From NCBI GenBank assembly GCA_965224245.1, contig OZ245046.1, positions 2,432,001 through 2,496,000 on the forward strand: a DNA stretch of 64,000 bases, read 5' to 3'. Positions 20,394 to 30,151 of the stretch are shown piece after piece (within the stretch, counting starts at the first letter, position 1; every line of letters begins with the position of its first letter). The stretch comes from Candidatus Eiseniibacteriota bacterium. GTDB taxonomy: Bacteria > Eisenbacteria > RBG-16-71-46 > CAZAMP01. Under the pieces are notes generated by a model. The model saw nothing but the letters and a program-made list of their open reading frames with translations. It made no database searches and was not told the origin of the DNA. Both the position numbers and the translations under genes were made by a program.

Positions 20394-21032
20394 GTGACCT
20401 CGACGGAACCGTCGTCATCGGGCGGCAGCAACTGGATGAAGCCGGTCGGCTTCGGATGCCTCGCGCTCCTCGTCCTCGCCGTGATCGGAATCGTGGTCAT
20501 CAAGCAGAACATCACCGCGATCACGGCCAAGATCGGAGAGCGGGCGCTCGTGTCGGCGGTCGAGGACCTCGGTCTGCCCGAGGCCGACGAGGCTGCATTC
20601 GTCGCCGAGATTCGCGAGCTCTCGCGGGCCTACCGGGAAGGCGAGATCAGCGAGGAGGAGATCGCGGAGATCGTCGAGCGCGTGTCCGAGGACGACGCGC
20701 TCACCGCCGGGGCCGCGATCACCGCGTTTCGCTCGCGCGCGCTGGCCGCGTCGGGACTGCCCGACGACGAGAAGGCCGAGGCCGATCGGATCTGCCAGCG
20801 ATTCACGCGCGCCGTCGTGGAGGAACGCGTTGACGGGCGCGCGCTCGAGCGGCTCCGTGAACGCGCGCACGACATGCGCGGGCGCGACATGCGCGACGAC
20901 GAGATCCGCGACCTGATCGAGTCGCTGGCCGCCGAGGCCGAATCGGCCGGCGTCCCCGACGAGCCCTATCAGATCGACCTGGCCGGGCGTTTCCGTGAGG
21001 TCGTCGCCGAGGCGCAGGCAGCTGCGCCGTGA
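20394..21032 (+). CDS. Hypothetical membrane-anchored helical protein
   Basis: GTG after GAGGGAGG; GFGCLALLVLAVIG TM then an acidic helical domain. Confidence 0.7.
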   Translation: MTSTEPSSSGGSNWMKPVGFGCLALLVLAVIGIVVIKQNITAITAKIGERALVSAVEDLGLPEADEAAFVAEIRELSRAYREGEISEEEIAEIVERVSEDDALTAGAAITAFRSRALAASGLPDDEKAEADRICQRFTRAVVEERVDGRALERLRERAHDMRGRDMRDDEIRDLIESLAAEAESAGVPDEPYQIDLAGRFREVVAEAQAAAP

Positions 21033-21088
21033 CGGGCCCGTCTCGGGAGGTCGTGGGTGCTTCGTGAGGCCCGAGCTGGGCTGCGCCA

Positions 21089-22123
21089 TCAGCTCGGGCT
21101 CGAGGCCGCCCGCCCCTCGCGGGTGATGCGCTCGGGAACCCCGCGGAGCCCCCACACGAGCCCGACCTTCGACATCAGCCACAGCCCGTAGAACGTGATG
21201 TCGTACTCCCACCAGTAGAACCCCTGGCGCGTGGAGCCGGGGTAGCGATGGTGGTTGTTGTGCCAACCCTCGCCCAGCGTGATGATCGCGAGCAGCGGGT
21301 TGTTGCGGCTGTCGTCGCGCGTCGCGAACCGGCGCGTCCCGTACCTGTGGGAGAACGAGTTGATCGTGTACGTGCCGTGGTACGTGGCCACGGTCGAGAT
21401 GCAGAACCCCCACACGAGCATCTGCAACGCTCCGGTGCCCGCCGACGGCACCCAGGCCCCGAGCGCCGCCCCGAACGCCGCGACCATGACGGCGAGGCTC
21501 GCCGGCGCCCACACGTGGTGGCGCTCCAGCCAGCGGAGCTCCGGGTAGGTGACGAGGTCCTTCACGAGCCGCTCGTCCACCGGACCGGCTTCCTCGGTCC
21601 AGAACCAGATCATGTGGGCCCAGAGAAGACCCCACAGCCGGGGCGAGTGGCGATCGGGCGGCTGATCGGAGTGGCGATGGTGGTGGCGATGGTGGGCCGC
21701 CCACCACAGCGGCCCCCGCTGTCCCGCCGAGCAGCCGATCCACGCGAACACGAACTGGACGGCGCGCGAGGTGCGGAACGTGCGGTGCGAGAAGTAGCGG
21801 TGATACCAGCCGGTGATCGCGAACATCCGCACGAGATAGAGCGCGACCGCGGTGCCGACGGCGACGGGACTCCAGCCGACCCAGATGATCGCCAGGCACG
21901 CGACGTGGAGCCCCATGTACGGCAGGAACGCCGTCCTCGTCAGCAGGTGCCGGCGCGTCAGGGGGCTTCGCCGCGGTGACGCGTCCCCGACCGGAGGGGA
22001 CGGGTCGCCGGCGGATCTCACCGTTCGCTCGGGAATGGACGTGCTCTCGCAGGCGCGCACGTACGGGTCCTCCCATGCGTCGCGTCGACTCCCGCGATCG
22101 GGATCGACGATCGTCCGGGTCAC
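21089..22123 (-). CDS. Acyl-CoA (delta-9) desaturase
   Basis: His boxes YHRYFSH, WAAHHRHHH, GEGWHNNHH. Start uncertain. Confidence 0.93.
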   Translation of the reverse strand: MTRTIVDPDRGSRRDAWEDPYVRACESTSIPERTVRSAGDPSPPVGDASPRRSPLTRRHLLTRTAFLPYMGLHVACLAIIWVGWSPVAVGTAVALYLVRMFAITGWYHRYFSHRTFRTSRAVQFVFAWIGCSAGQRGPLWWAAHHRHHHRHSDQPPDRHSPRLWGLLWAHMIWFWTEEAGPVDERLVKDLVTYPELRWLERHHVWAPASLAVMVAAFGAALGAWVPSAGTGALQMLVWGFCISTVATYHGTYTINSFSHRYGTRRFATRDDSRNNPLLAIITLGEGWHNNHHRYPGSTRQGFYWWEYDITFYGLWLMSKVGLVWGLRGVPERITREGRAASSPS

Positions 22124-22255
22124 GGTGATCCCGTACCGGGATCGGGTTCGAGGCCGATGAGCCTACGGAAGTCCGCTCCCCCGTTCCAGGCGATTCTGAT
22201 ACCGTGGCACGGAGAGCGATGCGTCGTGATCGGTGACCGAACCGACGAGCACACC

Positions 22256-23143
22256 GTGGCCACTCCGGCACTGCACATTCTCGGGACCGCACAGGACGGG
22301 GGCGTCCCCCAGCTCGGATGCGCGTGTCCGACCTGCGCGCGCGCCGCCGCGGACCCGCGGGCGCGGCGGCGGGTCGCGTCGGTCGGCCTCACGCTGCCCG
22401 ACCCCGACGGCACCGAGCGGCGGCTCGTGATCGACGTCACGCCCGACGCGCGGAGCCAGCTCCCCGCGCTCGCCGTCGCTGGATCCGGAGACGACCTGCG
22501 CCCCGCGCGGTCTCTCGTCGACGGCGTCTACCTGACGCACGCGCACGTCGGACACTACCTGGGCCTCGCGTTTCTCGGGTTCGAGGTGCTGAACGTCTCC
22601 GAGCTGCCCGTGCACGGGACGGCGCGCATGTGTGCGTTCCTCGAGCGCCACGCCCCCTGGAGCGAGCTCGTGCGGCGCCGCCACATCGTGCCGACGACGC
22701 AGGCCACCGACGAGCCGACGCTCCTGAACCCGGACGTGCGGCTCACGTCGTTCCTCGTGCCCCATCGAGCCGAGCTCACCGACACCGTCGGGTATCTCGT
22801 GCAGGGGCCCCGTCGTAGCGTCGCGTACGTTCCCGACACCGACCCCTGGAACCGGTGGACCGACGCAGCGCGGCGGCGCCTGTCGGGCGCGGACGTCGTA
22901 ATCGTCGACGCGACGTTCCACTCCGCCGCCGAGCTGCCCGACCGGGATCTCTCCACGATCGGGCATCCCCTGGTGACCGACACGCTCGACGCGCTCGGGC
23001 CGCTGGTGGACGCCGGACGTCGGGTCGTTCTGACGCACCTGAACCACTCCAACCCACTGCTGGACCCCGAGAGCGCCGCGCACCGGCTCGTGCGCGAGCG
23101 GGGCTTCGAGATCGCCCGCGAGGGCGACCGGATCGAGCTCTGA
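22256..23143 (+). CDS. MBL-fold metallohydrolase (PqqB-like)
   Basis: LGTAQDGGVPQLGCACPTC, LTHAHVGHYLG, THLNHSNP. Confidence 0.85.
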   Translation: MATPALHILGTAQDGGVPQLGCACPTCARAAADPRARRRVASVGLTLPDPDGTERRLVIDVTPDARSQLPALAVAGSGDDLRPARSLVDGVYLTHAHVGHYLGLAFLGFEVLNVSELPVHGTARMCAFLERHAPWSELVRRRHIVPTTQATDEPTLLNPDVRLTSFLVPHRAELTDTVGYLVQGPRRSVAYVPDTDPWNRWTDAARRRLSGADVVIVDATFHSAAELPDRDLSTIGHPLVTDTLDALGPLVDAGRRVVLTHLNHSNPLLDPESAAHRLVRERGFEIAREGDRIEL

Positions 23144-23167
23144 TCGCGGGTTCTCGCACGGGGAGCG

Positions 23168-23950
23168 ATGCCGCATACTGCGGTCATGAACACACCCGGC
23201 TTCCGGCTCGACGAGATCGAGCCCGGCATCCTGATCGGAACACTGAGCCGCCCCGCACGCAGCAATGCACTCGACGCCGCCACCATCGACGAGCTCGAGG
23301 CGGCGGTCTCGCAGATCGAGTCGGATTCCTCGGTGCGCGTGCTGATCCTCACCGGCGCCGGGGATCGTGTGTTCTCCGCCGGCGGCGACTTCGCGTACTT
23401 CGCGACGCTGTCCAGCGCCGAGTCCGTGCGCGCGATGTCCGAGCGGATGCAGCGACTCTTGCACCGCCTCTGGATCGGCCGCGTCGTCGTGATCGCGGCC
23501 GTCAACGGCGCGGCCATGGGAGGCGGCTCGGAGATCCTGACCGCGTGTCATCTGAGGCTGGCCGCCGACACCGCACGGTTCCGGTTCGTCCAGGCGGTGC
23601 GCGGGGTGACTCCGGGCTGGGGCGGCTCGGCACGGCTCGTGAGCCTGATCGGACGCGCCCGCGCGCTCGACCTGCTGCTCACCGCTCGCACGCTCGACGC
23701 CGCGGAGGCGTCGAACGTGGGGCTCGTGACCGAGGTCGTGCCGGCCGACCGCCTCATCGCGCGCGCGACCGCTCTGGCGCGAACGGTCGCGTCTCATCCG
23801 CCGTACGCGGTGGATGGGCTTCTGGGGATCGTGGGCGCGATGGACGGCGCACACGTCGCGGCCGCCTACCGCACCGAGACCGAGCACTTCGTCGCGTGCT
23901 GGATGCGCGCGCGATTCTGGGAGACGTGCCGGGCGTCCGGTGATCGGTGA
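23168..23950 (+). CDS. Enoyl-CoA hydratase/isomerase family
   Basis: FSAGGD, IAAVNGAAMGGGSE, PGWGGSARL. Confidence 0.9.
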   Translation: MPHTAVMNTPGFRLDEIEPGILIGTLSRPARSNALDAATIDELEAAVSQIESDSSVRVLILTGAGDRVFSAGGDFAYFATLSSAESVRAMSERMQRLLHRLWIGRVVVIAAVNGAAMGGGSEILTACHLRLAADTARFRFVQAVRGVTPGWGGSARLVSLIGRARALDLLLTARTLDAAEASNVGLVTEVVPADRLIARATALARTVASHPPYAVDGLLGIVGAMDGAHVAAAYRTETEHFVACWMRARFWETCRASGDR

Positions 23951-23975
23951 TCGGTGATCGGTGATCGGTGATCGG
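23938..23975. repeat. Tandem heptanucleotide repeat (CGGTGAT)x5 + CGG
   Basis: Directly visible; spans the stop codon of the enoyl-CoA hydratase gene. Confidence 0.95.
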
Positions 23976-23987
23976 ACGGACGCGAGA

Positions 23988-24470
23988 TCACGCACCGCCT
24001 CGCGCCGCGAGCTCACGCAGGTGATCGACGAACGCGTCGCGATCGGTGTCGAGCGCCGCGAAGACCTGATCGTCGGCCGCCGCCACGAGCGGTATGGCCC
24101 GGTCCATCACCGCGAGCCCGTCGGGGGTGATGCTGACGGTGACCGTGCGCGTGTCGGACACCGACCTCGCGCGGGCCACCAGCCCACGGCGCTCGAGCGA
24201 GCGAAGGACCGTGGACGTCGTCATCGGGTCGACCCCGCTTCGCGTGGCGATGTCTCGCTGCGCGGGACGTGCGTCGGGCTCCGGCGGCGCGCCGGTGTCG
24301 AGTCGCGCCGTCACGGCCAGGAGCACGAACTGCACGTGGGTCAGGTCGACCGGCGCCAGAGCGCGCCGGACCGTGCGCTGCCAGGCGTTGGAGACCCGCC
24401 ACAGCCAGAAGCCGGCACCATCCCCCGGTTCGGGCGACGTGTCGCCGGCGCCGTCTCGGCTAGGCGGCAT
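23988..24470 (-). CDS. MarR family transcriptional regulator
   Basis: GFWLWRVSNAWQR...LTHVQFVLL...DPMTTSTVLRSLERRGLV...DTR...TPDG. Confidence 0.9.
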   Translation of the reverse strand: MPPSRDGAGDTSPEPGDGAGFWLWRVSNAWQRTVRRALAPVDLTHVQFVLLAVTARLDTGAPPEPDARPAQRDIATRSGVDPMTTSTVLRSLERRGLVARARSVSDTRTVTVSITPDGLAVMDRAIPLVAAADDQVFAALDTDRDAFVDHLRELAARGGA

Positions 24471-24891
24471 GCCGGGAGTCTCCCGAGGCACGCGCGCACA
24501 GTCGCGCCATTGCGCTCGGCAGCCTCCGGGCGTACGGACGACCGATCAGGGCCGCGGCGACCCTCGACATCGGCCCCGAGAGCTCGATCCGATGCGTCAC
24601 CTGCGTGCCGGGCCCCACGGGTCGCAGCGCGTGCCGGACCCGGACCTCGCAGCCCGGAAGCTGCGCCCGGGTGCTGAAGCCCACGTTGGACAGCACCGTC
24701 TCCAGCGTCCAGCGTCGAGCCGGGCCGATGCGGTCCTTCGTTACGGCCGTGGAGCCGGGCCGAAACGGACCGTCGAGCCGCGACCAGGCCAGCCCGGCGT
24801 CCCACTCGGACCAGCTCCCCACCCGCTGATACTCGCGCCAGATCGCCTGCGCGGGCGCCTCGGTGACGACGACGTGCTCGTGTGTCCACAT
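24460..24891 (-). CDS. SRPBCC/polyketide cyclase-like protein
   Basis: MWTHEH..., WSEWDAG...LDGPF; upstream of and coupled to marR. Confidence 0.8.
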   Translation of the reverse strand: MWTHEHVVVTEAPAQAIWREYQRVGSWSEWDAGLAWSRLDGPFRPGSTAVTKDRIGPARRWTLETVLSNVGFSTRAQLPGCEVRVRHALRPVGPGTQVTHRIELSGPMSRVAAALIGRPYARRLPSAMARLCARASGDSRHAA

Positions 24892-24908
24892 GGGATCGAC
24901 CTCCTTTT

Positions 24909-24937
24909 ATAAGCTAACTTATTTTAAGCTTACTTAT
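24909..24937. promoter_or_regulatory. Tandem palindromic operator (probable MarR sites)
   Basis: ATAAG-CTAA-CTTAT and TAAG-CTTA-CTTA, 15 bp apart, in an AT island just upstream of the SRPBCC-marR RBS. Confidence 0.65.
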
Positions 24938-25027
24938 CATCGATCGCAAGCACAAAAAACGCCGGCCGAACGGCCGGCACATCGTCCTGTGGCGGGGGGA
25001 CGTTCGCCGCGATCGCGGGAGGTGGGA

Positions 25028-25984
25028 TCAGTCTCGCTGGACCTCGATCTCACCCATCGACGCGGTCGTGTGGATCCGCAGTGCGAATCGCTCGATCTCC
25101 TCGTCGCCTTCCCGGATGCGCGGCGGGCGGACCGAGACGCCCTCGACGTCCATGTCGCGCGGCACGGTCACCTCGATCCCTCCCATGCGGGCGTGGAGGT
25201 CGACGGTCGCGGAGTTCAGCCACTCACCGGTGAGATCGATCTCTCCGCCCCCCATCCGGCAGCTCACGTCCAGCTCGGACGGGCTCGCGTTGCCGAGCCT
25301 GACCCCCTGGACGCCGCCCATCTCGCCCGAGATGACCAGTGCCGTCATCGGCTGCCGGAGGGGCTCGTCGATGCTGAGGATCAGACCGCCCTTCTCGAAC
25401 CGGACGTCGGCCGACGTGATCCAGAGCCCGCCGATCTCGGCCTCGAGCCCGCCCTCCTCGACGCTCAGGACGAGCTCGATCGGGACGTCCGGCGACAGGT
25501 AGATGTCCATCTCCGGGTCGGAGGCACCCATGAGCTCGGCGAAGAGCGCGGTGAGACCGGAGCGGGAACCCTTGCGGTGAAAACGGACCTCGTACGTCCA
25601 CGTCGAGTCGGAGTCCTCGGTGAAGCGCTCCTCGAGGGTGTAGGCGTTCCTGTCGAACGTCGCCTCGACGAACGTCCCCTCGCCGGGGTCCGACGGCCGG
25701 AGGCGGAACTCGCCCTGGCCGACGTCGAGAACGACCCGCCCCACCGGCCGACCGGTCCGGGTTGCAACGTCCGGGTCTGCCGCCGCGGCGACCGCGGCAC
25801 CCGCGGCAGCCTCGCGGGCCGGCCCGGGCAGATCCGGCGACAGCGTCTGCTCCTCGACGACCTCCCGATTGACGCCGCGCCACGCGATCAGCGCACTGAT
25901 CCCGCCCATCAACGCGCCGAGCACGATGATCCCACCGCAGCCGATCAGTCCGAACTTCAGGCAACCCTTGCCACCACCAGCCAT
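25028..25984 (-). CDS. Membrane-anchored LiaF/toast-rack-like beta protein
   Basis: N-terminal GCLKFGLIGCGG TM; repeated MGG/beta-solenoid motifs (EMGG, RMGGG, RMGG, SMGE). Confidence 0.65.
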   Translation of the reverse strand: MAGGGKGCLKFGLIGCGGIIVLGALMGGISALIAWRGVNREVVEEQTLSPDLPGPAREAAAGAAVAAAADPDVATRTGRPVGRVVLDVGQGEFRLRPSDPGEGTFVEATFDRNAYTLEERFTEDSDSTWTYEVRFHRKGSRSGLTALFAELMGASDPEMDIYLSPDVPIELVLSVEEGGLEAEIGGLWITSADVRFEKGGLILSIDEPLRQPMTALVISGEMGGVQGVRLGNASPSELDVSCRMGGGEIDLTGEWLNSATVDLHARMGGIEVTVPRDMDVEGVSVRPPRIREGDEEIERFALRIHTTASMGEIEVQRD

Positions 25985-26164
25985 GTCGCCTCCGCGGTTG
26001 CACACGCCTCGGCCGAGCCTACACGCCCTCGGGGCACGGATGGGAGCGCGATGCGTCCCTTTTTTCGACGCCTCCCCGATCTGCTACGGTAGCCGTCGAG
26101 TCGAGTTACAGAACCGCGCCCCCGCGCGCCGGTCCGAGCGCTCCCACCGTGTCGAGGACACCCG

Positions 26165-26971
26165 ATGAACGACTGCCTCTCGACCATCGTTCGCCACCGC
26201 TCGATCCGTCGCTTCCGGTCGACACCGATCGCGGACAGCGATCTGGACGCGATCCTCCACGCCGCCGAGCGTGCGTCCTCGAGCGGCAACATGCAGACGT
26301 ACAGCATCATCGTCACCACGGACGCGGCCAGGCGCGCCGCGCTCTGGGAGCTCCATGGGCGCCAGGACATGATCAAGCAGGCACCGGTGCTGCTGACGTT
26401 CTGTGTGGACTGGCACCGCATGAACAGATGGTGCCGGCTGTCGGAGACCGAGCCCGGCTACGGAAACGTCCTGTCGTTCCTGGTCGGGTTCGCCGATGCG
26501 CTGATCGCCGCGCAGAACGCGGCGCTGGCGGCCGAGTCCCTCGGGCTCGGCATCTGCTACATGGGGACGACGCTGTGTGCCATCGAGCGCCTGACCCCGT
26601 TCTTCGCGCTACCCCCGGACGTGGTCCCGGCCACCACGCTGGTGATCGGCCATCCCGACGAGGATCCGGCGCTCCGCGCGCGCCTGCCCCAGAGTGGTAT
26701 CGTGCACCGGGAGACGTACGAGGCTCCCGACGACGCGCGCATTCGCGAGATCTACGCCTCTCGCGAGACCGAGGGATGGGATCGCTACATGTCGATCCCG
26801 GCGCTCGCGCAGGCGATCGAGACGTCCGGCGTCCGGAACCTGGCGCAGGTCTACACGCAGCTCAAGTACACCCGCGAGAACAACGAGGCGTTCTCGGACC
26901 AGATCCTCCGGACGCTCCACAGGCAGGGCTTCCTCGCGGGATCCTCCGACGATCAGCCGACTGGAGGGTGA
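26165..26971 (+). CDS. Nitroreductase (NfsA/Frp-like)
   Basis: RHRSIRRF, RASSSGNMQTYSII, AAESLGLGICYMG, RARLP. Confidence 0.9.
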   Translation: MNDCLSTIVRHRSIRRFRSTPIADSDLDAILHAAERASSSGNMQTYSIIVTTDAARRAALWELHGRQDMIKQAPVLLTFCVDWHRMNRWCRLSETEPGYGNVLSFLVGFADALIAAQNAALAAESLGLGICYMGTTLCAIERLTPFFALPPDVVPATTLVIGHPDEDPALRARLPQSGIVHRETYEAPDDARIREIYASRETEGWDRYMSIPALAQAIETSGVRNLAQVYTQLKYTRENNEAFSDQILRTLHRQGFLAGSSDDQPTGG

Positions 26972-26972
26972 C

Positions 26973-27674
26973 ATGAAGATCGACGACGTGATCGCGCTCG
27001 TGACCGGAGGCGGCACGGGCATCGGGTTCGAGACCGCCAGGCTCCTCACCGAGCGGGGGGCGCGCGTGGCCGTCATGGGCCGACGGGCGGATCGCATCGA
27101 GCGCGCGGCCGAGACGCTGGGGGCGCTCCCCATCGTCGGTGACGTGGGCGTCGAGGCCGACGCGGCGAGGGCGGTCACGACCGTCGTCTCCGAGTTCGGG
27201 GACTACAACACGCTGGTGAACAACGCGGGCTGGGGGCGTTTCGGCCCGCTCCTGGAGCTCAGCCTCGCCGACCTTCAATCCGTGATGGCGACCAACGTGT
27301 TCGGCGCGATGCTGATGGCACGCGAGTCGGCCCGGCACTTCGTCGCGCGGAGCTCCGGCAACATCGTGAACGTCTCGTCCACCGCGGGATCGCGCGGATT
27401 CGCCGGCGGCACGTCCTACGTGGCCAGCAAGTTCGCGCTGGGCGGCATGACCGAGTGCTGGCGCGCGGAGCTCCGAAAGCACGACGTCCGCGTCATGCAG
27501 GTGAACCCGAGCGAGGTGATCACCGACTTCGCCCCGAGCGCCGGGTACGAGCAGCGCGCGAGCGACCGGAAGCTCCGCGGAGAGGACATCGCGCACGCGA
27601 TCCTGTCGATGCTCGCCATGCACGACCGCGGATTCACCACCGAGCTCACCGTGTTCGCGACCAACCCCGACTGA
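26973..27674 (+). CDS. SDR family oxidoreductase
   Basis: TGGGTGIG, NNAG, YVASK. Confidence 0.92.
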   Translation: MKIDDVIALVTGGGTGIGFETARLLTERGARVAVMGRRADRIERAAETLGALPIVGDVGVEADAARAVTTVVSEFGDYNTLVNNAGWGRFGPLLELSLADLQSVMATNVFGAMLMARESARHFVARSSGNIVNVSSTAGSRGFAGGTSYVASKFALGGMTECWRAELRKHDVRVMQVNPSEVITDFAPSAGYEQRASDRKLRGEDIAHAILSMLAMHDRGFTTELTVFATNPD

Positions 27675-27716
27675 CCGTGCGTCGTCGGGACGACGCCGGC
27701 GTATCCGACGCCGGGC

Positions 27717-28667
27717 TCAGGATCCGTGCGGACTCCCGACGCCGGCCGGAGCCCGGACCGGACAGATCTCCAGGATGGCTCCGATTCCGTCGCACGTGGC
27801 CTTGCCTCCCGGCACGCACGGCGAATCGGGCAGCAGCATGAACGTCTCGTCGTCGCAGAAGAGCGGATCCTCGTGGAGGTCGGTGTCTCCCGGCACGCAC
27901 GACTCGGAATAGTCCGCCGTCGCGCTCTCGAACAGCAGATTGCATCCGAGTGTCGGCACCGGCGTTTCGAAGCACGCGATGCCGAAGTTCGCCGACTGCA
28001 CGATCGCGTTCTGCGACACGATGGGCGCCGACCCGCTCGTGAAGATCCCGCAGTCACCGGATCGCGCGATCGTGTTGCGCTCCACGATCGGCGCGGCGCC
28101 CATCGTGCAGTGCACGCCGAAGATGCCCGGGGCGACGAGGACGTTGCGCTGGATCACCGCGTCGCTCTCGGGGGTGGGGCACGAGATCGCGTACCGGGCC
28201 GCACCGTTCACGCGGCAGTCGAGCACGCTGACCCCCGAGGCCCGGATCACGACCCCGCTCCGGTAGGTCCCCTCGATCACGACGTCCTGGATCGTCACGT
28301 CGCGGGCGTTCACGAGGATCGCGTCGGTCGTCGACCCGAGATCGAACGAGAGGGTGGCGCGGGTCGTCCCGCCGCGCGCCGCGTCTCGCGTCGACGGCTC
28401 GCGGCCCATGATCGTGACGCCGCGCTGTTCGGCCTCGATGACGACCGGCGCGTCGACGACGTGCAGGCCCACCGCCGCGCTCACCACACCGTTCGCGCCG
28501 GCTTGCGCAACGGCCATCCCGAGGTCGGCCACCTGCTCGGGGAACCTCACCGCCGTCGGGGTCGGGTCGTCGGGGGACGTCGTCTCGTCGTCGCCGCAGC
28601 CGAAGACCGTCAGGGCCGCCGCCGCGACGGCGATCGCCCTCGCGCGGGCACTGTCTGCGTGTCTCAC
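27717..28667 (-). CDS. Lipoprotein with right-handed parallel beta-helix repeats
   Basis: GTG after GAGGAGG; lipobox VFGC; PbH1-like repeats; DPLFCD...SPC tail. Confidence 0.75.
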   Translation of the reverse strand: MRHADSARARAIAVAAAALTVFGCGDDETTSPDDPTPTAVRFPEQVADLGMAVAQAGANGVVSAAVGLHVVDAPVVIEAEQRGVTIMGREPSTRDAARGGTTRATLSFDLGSTTDAILVNARDVTIQDVVIEGTYRSGVVIRASGVSVLDCRVNGAARYAISCPTPESDAVIQRNVLVAPGIFGVHCTMGAAPIVERNTIARSGDCGIFTSGSAPIVSQNAIVQSANFGIACFETPVPTLGCNLLFESATADYSESCVPGDTDLHEDPLFCDDETFMLLPDSPCVPGGKATCDGIGAILEICPVRAPAGVGSPHGS

Positions 28668-28861
28668 GGGACCTCCTCGTGGCCTGAGCGTCACGACCGG
28701 CCGTCGCACGAGGATCATCCTAGCGCGGGGCCTGCCGGCGTGCGAGCCCACGACGGTCGGGGCCGCCCCGGCGAGCTCTCCGGACGCCACGGCCACCGTT
28801 GGCGAGGTCCGGGCGGTGCGCTACGTTTCTGCGATCCACCCGGGTCCGGCGAGGGCAAGCC

Positions 28862-30127
28862 ATGACACGAACGGACAGGTCTCGACGATCGGTGGCTTCG
28901 GGCCTCGTCGCCGCATCGGTGGCCGGGGCCGCCGGCATCTCGGCAGAGGCGGCCGAGATCACGTTCCGGGTCGAGGTGCCCGACGACACCCCGACCGCCG
29001 ATTCGATCCATGTGGCCGGCGACTTCCAGGGCTGGGACCCCGGGAGCGCCGGGCACCGGCTGGCCCTGGCCTCCGACGGACGCTACGTGATCACGCTGAC
29101 GCTCCCACCGGGACCGATCGCGTTCAAGTTCACGCGCGGCGACTGGGCCCGCGTCGAGAAGGGCGCGTCGGGCGAGGAGATCGCGAACCGCGTCGTCCGG
29201 GTCGACGGCGACGAGATCGTCGACGCCGTGGTACGGAGCTGGGCGGACCGGCGCCCCGCCGGGAGCCCCTCACCGCCGCCGCGCCGGTCCACGATCACGG
29301 GCGAGGTACGTACGCTCGAGATCCCCGGCTTTCTCGGCGGCCGCCGTGTCTGGGTGTACGTACCACCGGACTACCACGCCGAGCCCGAGCGCCGCTATCC
29401 GGTCCTGTACATGCTCGACGGGCAGAACGCGTTCGACGCCGCCACGAGCTTCGCCGGAGAGTGGCGCGCGGACGAGACCTCGGAGGCACTCGTGCCGCGG
29501 GGCGAGATCGCGCCGGCGATCGTGGTCGCCATCGCCAACGGAGGCGAGCGGCGTCTGGACGAGTACACGCCGTTCGTCGACGCACACCGTGGCGGGGGCG
29601 GTGGACGGGCACACCTCGAGTCGATCATCCGCATGGTGATGCCGGTCGTCGACGAGCGGTTCCGCACGCTCACCGGCCCCGAACACACCGCGCTGGTCGG
29701 GTCGTCGCTGGGCGGGCTGATGGCGCTCTACGCCGTGCATGCGTTTCCCGACGTCTTCGGGATGGTGGGCGCGGTATCGCCGTCGCTGGCCTGGGCCGAT
29801 CACGCGATCTTCGACTGGATCGCGTCCGAGTCACCGGCGCCGGACGATCCGAGCGCGCGGGCACGGATCTACGTCGACATGGGGACGCGTGAGTCCGGCG
29901 TGCTCCGTGACGCGGACGGGAACGGCATCGACGACGCGGTCGACGACGTACGGGAGCTCGGCGCCCGGCTCATCGCGAGCGGACGATCGCCCGGCGTGGG
30001 CCTGAAGATCGTCGAGGATGAGGGCGGGCGGCACGACGAGCGAACGTGGGCCGAGCGCTTCCCCGACGTTCTCAGATTTCTCTTTCCTCCCGAGGCCCGA
30101 GGCGGTCAGGATGCCGGCCGTCGCTGA
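28862..30127 (+). CDS. Alpha/beta hydrolase (esterase) with N-terminal CBM20-like domain
   Basis: VAGDFQGWDP...FKFTRGDW CBM; YPVLYMLDGQN, GSSLGG nucleophile elbow, HDERTW. Confidence 0.88.
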   Translation: MTRTDRSRRSVASGLVAASVAGAAGISAEAAEITFRVEVPDDTPTADSIHVAGDFQGWDPGSAGHRLALASDGRYVITLTLPPGPIAFKFTRGDWARVEKGASGEEIANRVVRVDGDEIVDAVVRSWADRRPAGSPSPPPRRSTITGEVRTLEIPGFLGGRRVWVYVPPDYHAEPERRYPVLYMLDGQNAFDAATSFAGEWRADETSEALVPRGEIAPAIVVAIANGGERRLDEYTPFVDAHRGGGGGRAHLESIIRMVMPVVDERFRTLTGPEHTALVGSSLGGLMALYAVHAFPDVFGMVGAVSPSLAWADHAIFDWIASESPAPDDPSARARIYVDMGTRESGVLRDADGNGIDDAVDDVRELGARLIASGRSPGVGLKIVEDEGGRHDERTWAERFPDVLRFLFPPEARGGQDAGRR

Positions 30128-30151
30128 GACCCCGACATCTGGAGGCGCGAC

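Noticed and set aside
22256-23143. PQQ biosynthesis cluster (PqqB-like gene, radical SAM enzyme, PQQ-repeat protein)
   Set aside because: No pqqA, pqqC or pqqD; the radical SAM enzyme is not PqqE-like and is 17 kb away. PQQ repeats denote a propeller fold, not cofactor use.
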